64,000 nt of DNA, from the NCBI GenBank assembly GCA_050084985.1, contig JBITNC010000001.1, positions 133,796,001 to 133,860,000 of the forward strand, read 5' to 3'. The DNA is from Nageia nagi. Taxonomy: Eukaryota; Plantae; Pinophyta. A model generated the notes under the pieces. It worked only from the letters and a program-made list of their open reading frames with translations. It was not told the DNA's origin and searched no databases. This document shows, one piece after another, positions 51,635-61,987 of the stretch. Position 1 is the first letter of the stretch, and every line of letters begins with the position of its first letter. The translations under genes and the position numbers were made by a program.

Positions 51635-52599
51635 TGTTGTGCTCGCACAACACACCCCAAGATGCAGCATTTTGGGGACCCTACTTTTTTTGAAGGCAAT
51701 GGATGACATTGCCTTGAGGTGACTATCCGATGGCTAGAGAAAAGAGTTAGAGCGACCAAGTGATAAATCAGTGCACACAAATACCCACAGAGGCACCAAG
51801 TCAGTTCAATCCATCCAAGGGCCATTCTTCGTCGAGTTTCAAGCAACATCAAGCAGAATACAGTTTTGGATCATGGTAGTAACCAAGAAAGGAGTTTTTG
51901 ACCAAGCGACCAATAAAGAATAAAAAGGCACGTTTTCAAAGCATTCAAGCGCAAGACTGGCAAAGTTGACCAAAAATAGCATTTTTTAAGGAATTCAGCT
52001 CATAGGTGCCTAGCATCACAAAAGGCGCATTTTTTGCAAAATATAGTGCAAAGGTACCTAAGTAGCAAAAATGAGCGTTTTTTGTCATTTTTGAGTTCGG
52101 GTGCCTTGAAAATGATAGGGATGACAAAAATGGACGTTTTTGTCCAAGTTGACCCCAAAAAGCTAGAAAAGGGCAAAGGTAGAAAAGCACGTTTGGGTCA
52201 CTTTTGGGTCCAGAATGGTCAATATGGTAAAAAATGGTGTGCTTTGCATGATTTGAATCTGGAAAGCTTAGAAATGACCTAAAGTGATGAATTGAGCCTA
52301 GAACGGTGAAATGCTCAAAAATGCCAAAAATGTCGAAAAAGGTCTTTTTTCACACCAAGGGCTCGAAAATGGACAGAATTGAATACTTTGAACCTGAAAA
52401 TGATGAAAAATGACAACTTTGAGCTTGAAAAAGCAGAAATGGTCGTTTTTGCACCATTTGAGCTTGGAAATCATTGAAAATGCAGAGTTTGAGCTTGGAG
52501 GTGCTTGAAAAGGCGTTTTGATCGAGTTTGAGCTCGGAAATGCCAAGAGTGACCAAAAATGCACAGATTGAGTATGGAATAGTTCAAAAAAGCAAGTTT

Positions 52600-54080
52600 G
52601 AGTGGCCTTGGCCCCAAGTGCATTTTCTCTAGGTATTGAAAACCCAAATGAGGGAAAAATGATGCAAGTTTCTTATTGATAAATGCAAATTGTATCAGAA
52701 TTCGAGTCTAAGAGCGTATTTGAAGAGATAAGGTGAATTCTATCATAGTTAAGACCCAAAATTTTCAATTTTGACCAAGTCTAAGGCACTCTAAGGCAAG
52801 GTGTAGTTTTTCAAGCCTATGGGAAATCCATAGAGATGTATTTTGGCACCTAGATAGTAAAGAAAAAGAGGAAATGCATCAAAAATGAAATCCAAATGCA
52901 TGAATGAATGGAAAAGATGGTTCTAAGCCACATTAAATCTCAAAATTTTTTATTTTGACCAAGTAAAGACCCCCAAAATGCTATGCACAAGTTTCTAGAT
53001 GTTTTCAAAACCATAAAAGTGACAAAATGGCACCTAGGTTGACAAGATAGAATCATTTTTTACCAAAAATCAAGTTTAAGTGCTTGGGACCAACGAAAAC
53101 ATGATTGCAAACACATTTAGGTCTCGAAATTTTCAATTTTGAGCACATTTGAGCACCCTAAAGGCTAGGCGCAAGTTTTGAGTGCTATGGAAATCCAATG
53201 AGATGAAAAATGGTGCCTAGGATCAAGGAATTTGATAAATTTTGGTCAAAATTCAAGTTTGAGGGGTCTACAAGGTGTAAAATGTGATTTCTAGCACATT
53301 TAAGTCTTGAAAAATTAAAAAATGATCAAGTTTTGACCCTCAAAAGGCTAGGCGCAGGTTTGCAAATGTTTCTAATTCCATAGATATGAAAAATGGCATC
53401 TAACTTGGACGGATGAGTGAAAAATGCACAAAAATTTGATCTCAAGGTGTCAATTGCATGGAAAACCCCATTTGACATTTAGAACTACAAAATTCGAATT
53501 TTAAGCAATTTTGTGCCACCTAAAGGGAATCCAATGAAGTGAAATCTAGCACCTAGGAACAAGAGTTTTTGAACAATTGCCTCAAAATCCAAGTTTCAAG
53601 GGTCAATTGCAAGGAAAACATGATTTCTAGCACATTTAAACTTGCATATTTCCAAATTTGAGCAAGGGAAGTGGCCCAAAATCCTAGGCGCACGTTTGCT
53701 CATTTTTCTAAAACCAATGAAGTGAAAATCAACGCCTAGAATGAAAAGGAGTGAAAATTTTGCAAAAAAATCAATTTTTTTTTCACATGGTTGCATGGAA
53801 AAGGGCATTCTAAGCATGTTTAAACTCACAAATTTTCGAAATTGAGCACTAGAAATGTCTCAAAAAGTCAGGTGCAGGTTTCCAAGCCATTGAAGAACCC
53901 AAAAAAGGGAAAATTGGCGCCTAGATGCAAGAAAAAAGCCGCAAAAATCATAAAAATTTAAATTTGGGCATATAGATGGGTGAAGGAAGTGATTTAAATC
54001 ACATTTAAACTTTGAAGTTTTCCATTTTGACCCAAGGAAGTGCCTCAAAAAGTTAGGCGAAGGTTTGTAGTCCTATGGAG
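52600..54080. repeat. ~184-bp degenerate tandem repeat, about 8-9 copies, in D3
   Basis: AGGCTAGGCGCA-like anchors near 52793, 52977, 53161, 53344, 53680, 53863 and 54048. Each unit has inverted CTAGGCGC...GG(T/C)GCCTAG arms. Confidence 0.85.
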
Positions 54081-54182
54081 TGTTTACGGCCTCCAAAAAC
54101 TTAAAAACTATGCAAAATGCACCCCTAGAGAACTTTTTAGGTCAAAAACCCACTAAGGAGTATGCAAAAGGCACAAAAAACC

Positions 54183-54190
54183 TATAAATA
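54183..54190 (+). promoter_or_regulatory. TATA box of the LTR-embedded ORF
   Basis: CCTATAAATA followed by a pyrimidine-rich TCATTT tract. The equivalent motif occurs in D4 (59561-59568, minus) and D2 (44248-44255, minus). Confidence 0.65.
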
Positions 54191-54944
54191 CCCCCCTAAG
54201 CCTCTCATTTGCTCCACAAACACTCTCCTTGAGCCTCCATGCACCCATTTTTGAGCAAAATACTAACAAAAAATCACAAAATTGATCAAAAACTTCAAAA
54301 TTGCTCACAAGATCCAAAATAAGCCAAACCTTGTCAAAATTTTTGAAGGATCTTAGAATTCCATCCTCTATCCACCCATTAGGTCAAAATCCACTTTTTT
54401 AAAATTTTTGAAATTTCAGAACCCCCTATCTTTTGGCCATTTTCAAGCTTTTTGAAAAAAGGTGACAAAACACAGTAAAACACTTTTTCAAGGCCAAATA
54501 ACTCCTAAATTTTGAGTGATCCAAACTAAGAAGTGAATACCAAAGTGATAGATCCCATATAGGAGAGCAACCTCCATCATTTACTTCCCAAAAACGAAGC
54601 TTGAAAACCCATTTCACATCCCTATCTTTTCAAGCTTCGAAGCTGCAAAAACCGGTCAAAAAATGAATACATGGGCTAAAAAAACAGCGAGTTAATTTGG
54701 ATCCCAAAAACTCAAAATTTTTCTCCGAGACCTGGCCACAAGCCTTCTAGATTTATTTGCCAACACCCCATGTGATTGTTTCCCACTTTCAACAAACTTC
54801 AAAATTCTCGAAAATCAACACTTAGCTTCTAAAAAAAAAACAAAAATAAGCGAAAAATTTGACTATCTCTTTTTTGCTCCAAAATCACTCTAGAGATGCC
54901 CAATTCCACTCCCAACACCTTGTTGCACTCCACAGGTTTGAATC

Positions 54945-57257
54945 ATGAGCATTGATAAGAAAAACAAAGATCTCCAAATGGAGAAGCTCGTGAAGGCTAG
55001 CCTGATCACCCTAGAAAAACAAGGGAAGGCTCTCTTCCCTACAGCTATGCTAATAGATGGCCTTGGACAAATTAGGGACACAAATTGGGCAAACAACGAC
55101 CCTGTCAAGTCATTAGAGAAGATGGCCAAGATCCCACACGAGCGACTGTTCAACGATACAATTGTTCAATGCACGATCATTGAAGCTTCTTTGATCCCTT
55201 TTACCGCTCCATTCTCAGAACTGTGCCTTGAGGTAGCAAGATATTACGACACAAAGGAGAAAGTCCTCCTCAACAATGAAGGCACAAAGATACTAGATTT
55301 CACAATGGAAGTAATAGAGACCACATTTGCATGGAGTAACGAAAGCATCATATTCTCTATGAAAGAGTCCATCAAATTCTATAACAACCTAACCAAGCCA
55401 AGGAATTTGATAAGAGACTGGTTAGTTGACGAGTGCAAAGATTACAAGGCAAAGGCCTTAAGTCAACCCAGAAGGATAGACTTCTATCCTACAGTCTCAA
55501 CCATTATCAGTATGTTGTGCAAGATCACGGGACAAGAAAATGATCAAAGATTCAGAAAGGAGTTTGTGGGTTTCATACATCAAATCAGCAGAGGCAAAGG
55601 AATCACATGGAGTAAGATGATCAACAACTGCTTAGCTCAACAATTGTCCAAAATTGTAGAAACAAAGAGATTCTACATGAGCTCTTACTTGGAATTCCTG
55701 CTTCTACATGGCAAGAACAGAAAATCTGCCATAGCCGTTACCAAGTACCTCTTTGATCGAAAAATGCTAGTATGGCGGAGTTACCCTAGATATATGTTGG
55801 AAAACCAATGGGACGAATTCAAAATAACGAATGAAGGATTCAAATGTCGTATATATGCAAAGGTAAAGGGGACCGTCAATATGACCAAGATATCACAAGT
55901 GGCAATCCAAGTTCTTAGAGGACATGCAAACTTTTATCTCGAAGAAACAGATGCCACACATATCAAGGTTTATGGGTCAATTGAGCCACCTTACAGACTT
56001 CCTCGTTATGCAAGTAATTGGTTCATCCTGATGGAATTTTGCAGACACTTATCATACTAACACGAGAAAGTCTAGTGCAAGAAAGGTGCCACCACATGCA
56101 AATTACATATCCGCATAGGGGAATACGAATGCACGTCATGGTGTCAAGTCAAGACAATGAAGATGGAGCTAGCATATTACGGCTTCACAGTAGAACATGC
56201 GGTAGAGTATTATGATCCTGAAGGTGTAATCGGTGCATTCTACAAGAAAACCTGGCAAACCGATTACCCTCACAAATCCCTAGGAAAGCTCGAAAGGTAC
56301 AGAAATATAGATGAAAGAAAGAAAAGGAATGCCAATGGAGAATTTACATTAGTGGTGGAAACACAAGAAGAGCCATGTAAAGCGATCGAAACTTTGGGCA
56401 AGCAACATGCAATAGTTTCTAATGTTGCAACGTTGATAGAGGAGAACACATCACAGAAGGTGGAGCTCAAGGAGCTGAAAAGAGAATTGGCTGAAAAGAG
56501 GAAGTTGACCGTTGATATCCAAGCTGCTAACTTGACAGTTGAAGACATCAAGAAGCAGATCTCATTGAATATTGGGATTCAAGCAGTCAAACAAGAGTGG
56601 ATTAACGAGACCAAAGAGGCTATTCAAGAGTTATTCCTAGGATTAACTAATTTCTTTATTGAAGACAATGGATCGTTCGTCGCTCAAGACAGGATCTGTG
56701 AACTGATTGCCAGGTGGGGCAAAAGTTATCAGGTGATGCATGAGCTAAGAAGGAAAGTTGTTGGCATTCCATTAATACTGGAGTACTATCATCAATTCTT
56801 TTACCAGTATGATTGGTTGTTCTAAGCTATTTCAAAGTGTTAGGATTTCATCCAAGTCGAGACAAATTTCAAAGCAGACATGAAGAAAGAGCTAGCGGAA
56901 TACCAATTTGATCTAAGGCTGATCGAGGAAGATGGACGCAACAAGGACTATTCCACAATAATAAATGAGGTCCAACTGATGATCAACACTTACCTTGAAA
57001 CTGAAGATATTAATGTCCTCAAATCTGGCAAATAGCTCAAATATGGTAGCAATATGGCAGTATGGTGCAGCGAAATGAAGAAGACTTCAAAGACCATCAC
57101 TACATATCTGTTGGCAAATGAAGAGATAATGGAGATCCTCAACACCGGAGTCAAGGACAGAGAAATCTTCATGGGCATGAACTTTGAGGCCACCATCGCA
57201 TCACATGTGCAAACCACAAATCAGCCACAATTTTTGTTACTTTCGAAAATTTTGTAA
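54945..57257 (+). pseudogene. Family D LTR-encoded protein, 770 codons in one frame with five premature stops (possible PMD/Transposase_32-like N-terminus, coiled-coil-like C-terminus)
   Basis: ORFs at 54945, 56157 and 57054 are in frame. Stops at 56058, 56073, 56823, 56841 and 57033 are all TAA/TAG, with no frameshift. Homologues are present in D1, D2 and D4. Confidence 0.85.
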
Positions 57258-57430
57258 ATCAGTCAGACAGGAAAGTTGAGCACCAAAAGTCAACTAACCC
57301 TGCTCTCATGATCAATCAGCCTGACAAGTAGAGCTCCAAAAGTCAGCTGACTTAGTCGTAGCAGGCAACTATGTAATATTTTAATATTTTTTTATAGAAT
57401 TAGGACAACACTTGAAAACCCTAAAAATTC

Positions 57431-57438
57431 TATAAATA
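57431..57438 (+). promoter_or_regulatory. Second TATA box (probable canonical LTR promoter)
   Basis: CTATAAATAG about 1.07 kb before the LTR end. The context TTAGG(G/A)CAACA...AAAAATT is conserved in D1. Confidence 0.6.
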
Positions 57439-58506
57439 GACCCCATGGGGTCACTTTTATGTAGATTGAAAGTTTGGAACATTTCAAGGAATGAAAATGT
57501 TAAGATCAAGTTCAACTTTTTTGTACAAGGAGAAAAATTGTGAAAACTTTTATGTAACTCTTTTACAAAGAAAATACAAAGTGGTTAACGCAAACACTTG
57601 AGTTTGACACTTTTCATATGGATGATATGGATTGATTCTTTGAGGGCACTCATAGTGGGTTTGTGTACTTTCGTTTTATTCCTTTGAAAGCTCTTGCGCT
57701 TTAAGGAAGTTATCTCTGAAAAACATTAAAAGTGCTTGAAGCCTACCTATGTTTGTTGCTTGGTCCTTAGCATGCAAGTTGATTGGGAATTCTATGTCAG
57801 ATTCTACTTCTATGACATCTTGTTAGATCCTTCATCCAAAACCATGATCCATTCACTTTGAGACCTTCCATTTCCATTCAATTGAATCAGTCCTATTCGT
57901 AGAGAACTGACAATTGGCGTTCCTCACCGCTCCTCTTTGAAGCATTTCAAATGTGAAGTTGTTTGCTTGCAAGGTTGGATGAATTGGATGAAGAGTCCTT
58001 AACCGATCTGGAAGAGATTAACTCTTAGACACTTTCCCATCAGTGAACCTCAACCTCATATCTGACCAAGTATTCTTTCTTTCTCCAAGGTGCTTTCCTT
58101 CACCTCTTTACAATATTACCTTTACGCTTTCTTTTTGCTTTCATACCAAATATGATCATTAAGTCCACACACAAAAGCTCTGAACAAACTCTATACATCA
58201 AAGAATAAAACATCGTTGGTTAACTGACTATACACCTATCATTCCATTCCATTGAGGCTGATTCCAAAGAGGGATACCGCACTTTATATTTATATCTATC
58301 CCTATTGAGAAAACACATTGAGCAAACAAACCTTACAACGTCACGACATTGGGGTCGTTGGCAGGGTGTTTCAAAGCCTTGAAGGTACATAATCCTTTTC
58401 AACCGGGGGAATTGGTAACGCATTCCCACCTATGTTGCTTGGGGTCTCCTACGTTTCACCTGCGATATTCAAAGTGTCTTGCATGGGAAAGAAAAACATC
58501 GCAACG

Positions 58507-60814
58507 ACATACTGCCACAGCTCCATACTGGCCACTTCAACCCAAGTCTGACACACATAACTTGCAATTGAGATAGGCAAGTTAATGGTTACATTCTTCT
58601 TCCAGATGTTCTCTTTGAAGAACAAAAGCTGCCTCAAACTCCATGAGGATAAGCCTATCACTAGGATATCTCGAGAGGAGCAGGGGTTGCTCTTCGAAAC
58701 CATAGACTCTAATGAATGTATGGTCAATATCCTGCAAGGAGAAATCTTAATGTACACTGATGGCTTGGACGGCCGCATCAGAAATCCTCTTCACCATAGA
58801 CTCCCCTTTGATATCTTTATAGATATCATACTCCCAATGATCATTTCTCTCATAGAAATGTTGGAACTTGTTCTGGTACCACCACTTTGGCTAAACCCAC
58901 CACAGGGGGATGCCACAAGTTCAAATTTTTTGTAAAAGGAAGAAAATTGTGAAAAATTTTATGTAACTCTTTTACAAAGAAAATACAAAGTGGTTAACGC
59001 AAACACTTGAGTTTGACACTTTTCATATTGATCCTATGGATTGATTCTTTGAGGGCACTCATAGTGGGTTTGTGTACTTTCGTTTTATTCCTTTGAAAGC
59101 TCTTGGGCTTTAGAGAAGTTATCTCTGAAAAACATTAAAAAGTGCTTGAAGCCTACCTATGTTTGTTGCTTGGTCCTTAGCATGCAAGTTGATTGGGTAT
59201 TCTACGTCAATATCTACTTCTATGACATCTTTCATCGGCCAGCTCCTTGGATTTGACCTTTGCCATGCAACAACAGGTACACAAGATACGAGTTCATGTA
59301 GAATCTCCTCGAGCAACCAAAATAAGCCAACTGGTGGCATAGGTCATCACTGATCACCCCACTCCATCAGATAGCTCTCCCCGAATTAATGATTGTAATG
59401 AAGCTTGTAAACTCCTTCCTATACTTAGCATCATTTTCCTAACCAATGACTCTGGACAAAAGAGTGATCAGCTTGGCCACAACAGGCAAGAGCTCTCTAC
59501 GAGCACTGATCAACCTTTGGCCCTGAAGGTTCTGGTAAAAATGACTAAGGGGTGGCTTGATATTTATAACCTTCCAAGTTGCCATGTGTTACCTCTAGGT
59601 TGGTAAAATGGTTGAGCTAAAATAGAGGGCGCATGATTTAGAACGGGTGCAAAACCATGTGCCAAAAGGCATGAAACTGGGAGTGGGGAACTTAGCCAAA
59701 TTTCAAATCATGATGGGGCCCAATTCCTGGTTGCACCATTTTAGAAGAGTGCAAAAGCATGTACCTTAGACCTTACGCCTGGGCTTTTCCTCTAAATTCA
59801 AACACTTTGCCAATTTTACTCCCGGGCCAGAAGGTCTAAGGCTGGACGCATCATTTGGGAGGGGTGCTTTTTCATGTATAACAAATGATGCGATTGGGGT
59901 CTAGAACACCTCCCGAGAGAAGAAATTTCAAAAACATTTAAAACATCACTTTAAAATGCAAATTTGAAACAAGACACGTTTTGGGGTGCGTGCCTTTCAC
60001 CCTTAGCTCCACGCAATGCTCCATACTTAGCCATCCAAACATACTAATTGGGGATGACCTTCCTTTTTTGGCCCTCTCAGATGGGAAAATTGTCATCATT
60101 GATTGCCACAAGAAGGGGTCAAATGCATTTGCTTACACTTATAAACAATCCGAGCCCAACACTTCATCAAATTTCATTTTGTGAATCTCGTCACACGGTT
60201 TTGGGTGGGTGCAAAAGCACACACATGAAAACATGTGACTAGCCTTGCAAGCTCCAAAAATGGCTAAGTCTTCTTCTTCCTAGTCGCACGATTTGAGTTG
60301 AGTGCAAAAGCACACACCTGAAATCATGCGACTGGGCCTTTTCCAAAAAAAATGCTAAGTGTGAGAGCTCCCAGCTTTGGTCGCACTATTTTGGGGATAT
60401 GCAATCGCATGTCCCTCAAAACATGCGATTGGCTGAAAAACATGTTTTTATCTTGAAATTTGAACAGAATGACATTAAACATGAAATGCAATGAAAGAGA
60501 AATGAACTTTTACAGCATGAGAGACCTGAAAGTGCAATTTAAGGCTGAAAAATGCAGGCGTGAGTGTGAAAATGCAGCATGAGGTTGGTCGCACCTTAGG
60601 GATGTGCAAAAGCATGTCCCTCAAAACATGCGATTAAGGACAAAAGTATGTTTCTTACTTGAGTTGATCATGAACGTGCATGTTTAACATATTTCCTAAA
60701 GCTAGACCAAGTTGCACACATTTCCTTTAGACAAATGTTTACTTCCACGCATTGTATTTTATTTTCGAGGTTCCTCAAAAAGTAAAATTTTGGGTTTGTT
60801 GTGCAAGCACAACA
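58507..60814 (-). mobile_element. Family D copy D4: 5' part of an ORF-containing LTR, internally deleted
   Basis: Starts TGTTGTGCTTGCACAACA at 60814. ORF remnant IG*ENDAKYRKEF...RRFYMNSYLVYLLLHGK...IRVYGFEEQPLLLSRYPSDRLILMEF aligns with the D3 protein. Confidence 0.85.
58916..59231 (+). repeat. ~315-bp near-identical copy of 57507-57821 inserted in the D4 ORF
   Basis: Direct comparison from CAAGTTCAA to TATGACATCTT shows only scattered substitutions. Confidence 0.95.
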
Positions 60815-61987
60815 AATGCCAAATACTCACAAAGTAGCCAAATAATGGCACAAATCCAACGTCTAGGTATGAAAAGCCATACATAGTAAAAGAGCAAGCA
60901 ACATAGTAAAGTAATGATCCAACAATGTAACTACAATTCATATGAAATAGAAATCTCAATTACAATGCTTGTGTGACGAAGATTGATGCTTCAGGGCTCA
61001 TATCCGAAATGTTACAAGGCTTGCACCAAGGCTTCCTCCTTCAACAGCTATGGTGGAATCTCAAACATCCACTAGCAATGCTCTACTAATCCAAGGGTAA
61101 TGCCAACACACCCTGAAAAGCTAGCTAACAACTTGGGATGCACCAACCCCTAAGTGTGTGCCCACATAAGTCCTGTTATGCACCCTGCAAGAGGTACCTC
61201 ACTTTGAAGAATGGAATCAAGGAAGAGCAATGCCCAAACCAAGAAGAATAATAATAATCAAATGAATTGTTTTCAAGGAATCCTTTTTTTATAGTGAGAG
61301 GTAGCTTCATCATTAATCATGTTGGGATTGATGTAATCTCATCCAACAGTGTCCAAGGGTGATCTGTGTGCTCTCATAGCCCACGTCCGAGATGAGGTGC
61401 CTTGAGATGGGTGTGATCACATCCAATGGTCTAGAATGCCCACGTTGGGTTATGGGAGTCCTCCATACGCCTAGGTATCATCGCCATCGTACTATGAGCC
61501 TCCAAGGGATATGTGGGTGTCTTGGGATGCCTGATTTCACATCTTAATGGCCCAATCCTCTTCTCAAGTCCAACATCCAAGTGTGGGGGTCTTCTAGTGC
61601 CTCATAGTCTATGTAATTCCTTAGGAATCATGTGTCTCTACCTTGAATAGCCAAGGGGGTGAGCTAAACAATAACTACTACCTATTAAATGACAATTTAC
61701 AATCATCAAGGCTTCTCATATGCAACATCCCAAATTCCGTGACTAATATTGCATTTATAATTAATAATTGCCTTGGTATTTTAATCCATAATTATTAGCA
61801 TATTAAAATATAAAAATCACTCCTAATGCACTAAAATAGGCCCAATGTCCCATTATTGGAGTAATTAATTATTCTCCAAGTGGAACTTACAATTAAAGGG
61901 TTAAATTACCATTAAAACACCAAAATTAAATAAAATACTCCTAAACTAAGTGTTCCCATTTTCCAGTGTCGAAATGGGGAAAATGCA
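60815..61987 (-). mobile_element. Truncated LTR of another Gypsy-type family (E), target of D4
   Basis: Minus strand starts TGCATTTTCCCC (similar to TGTAATGTCCCC-type LTR starts) and has CTATAAAAAAAGG near 61290. Layout resembles the LTR at 41905-42858. Confidence 0.6.

Larger units (their letters stand above)
51635..58506 (+). mobile_element. Family D copy D3: ~6.9-kb solo LTR-like unit containing a gene
   Basis: Starts TGTTGTGCTCGCACAACA (as D2 and D4) and ends GGGAAAGAAAAACATCGCAACG (homologous to the D1/D2 end). No internal terminal repeat, gag or pol. No matching TSD. Confidence 0.8.

Noticed and set aside
58349-58366. TTGGGGTCGTTGGCAGGG as a PBS ending the D3 LTR at 58348
   Set aside because: Homology with the D1/D2 LTR ends continues to about 58506, so the motif is internal to the LTR.
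41905-61987. LTR E and the chromovirus LTR as the two ends of one element
   Set aside because: Their starts are not alignable beyond the first few bases and the flanks give no direct TSD.
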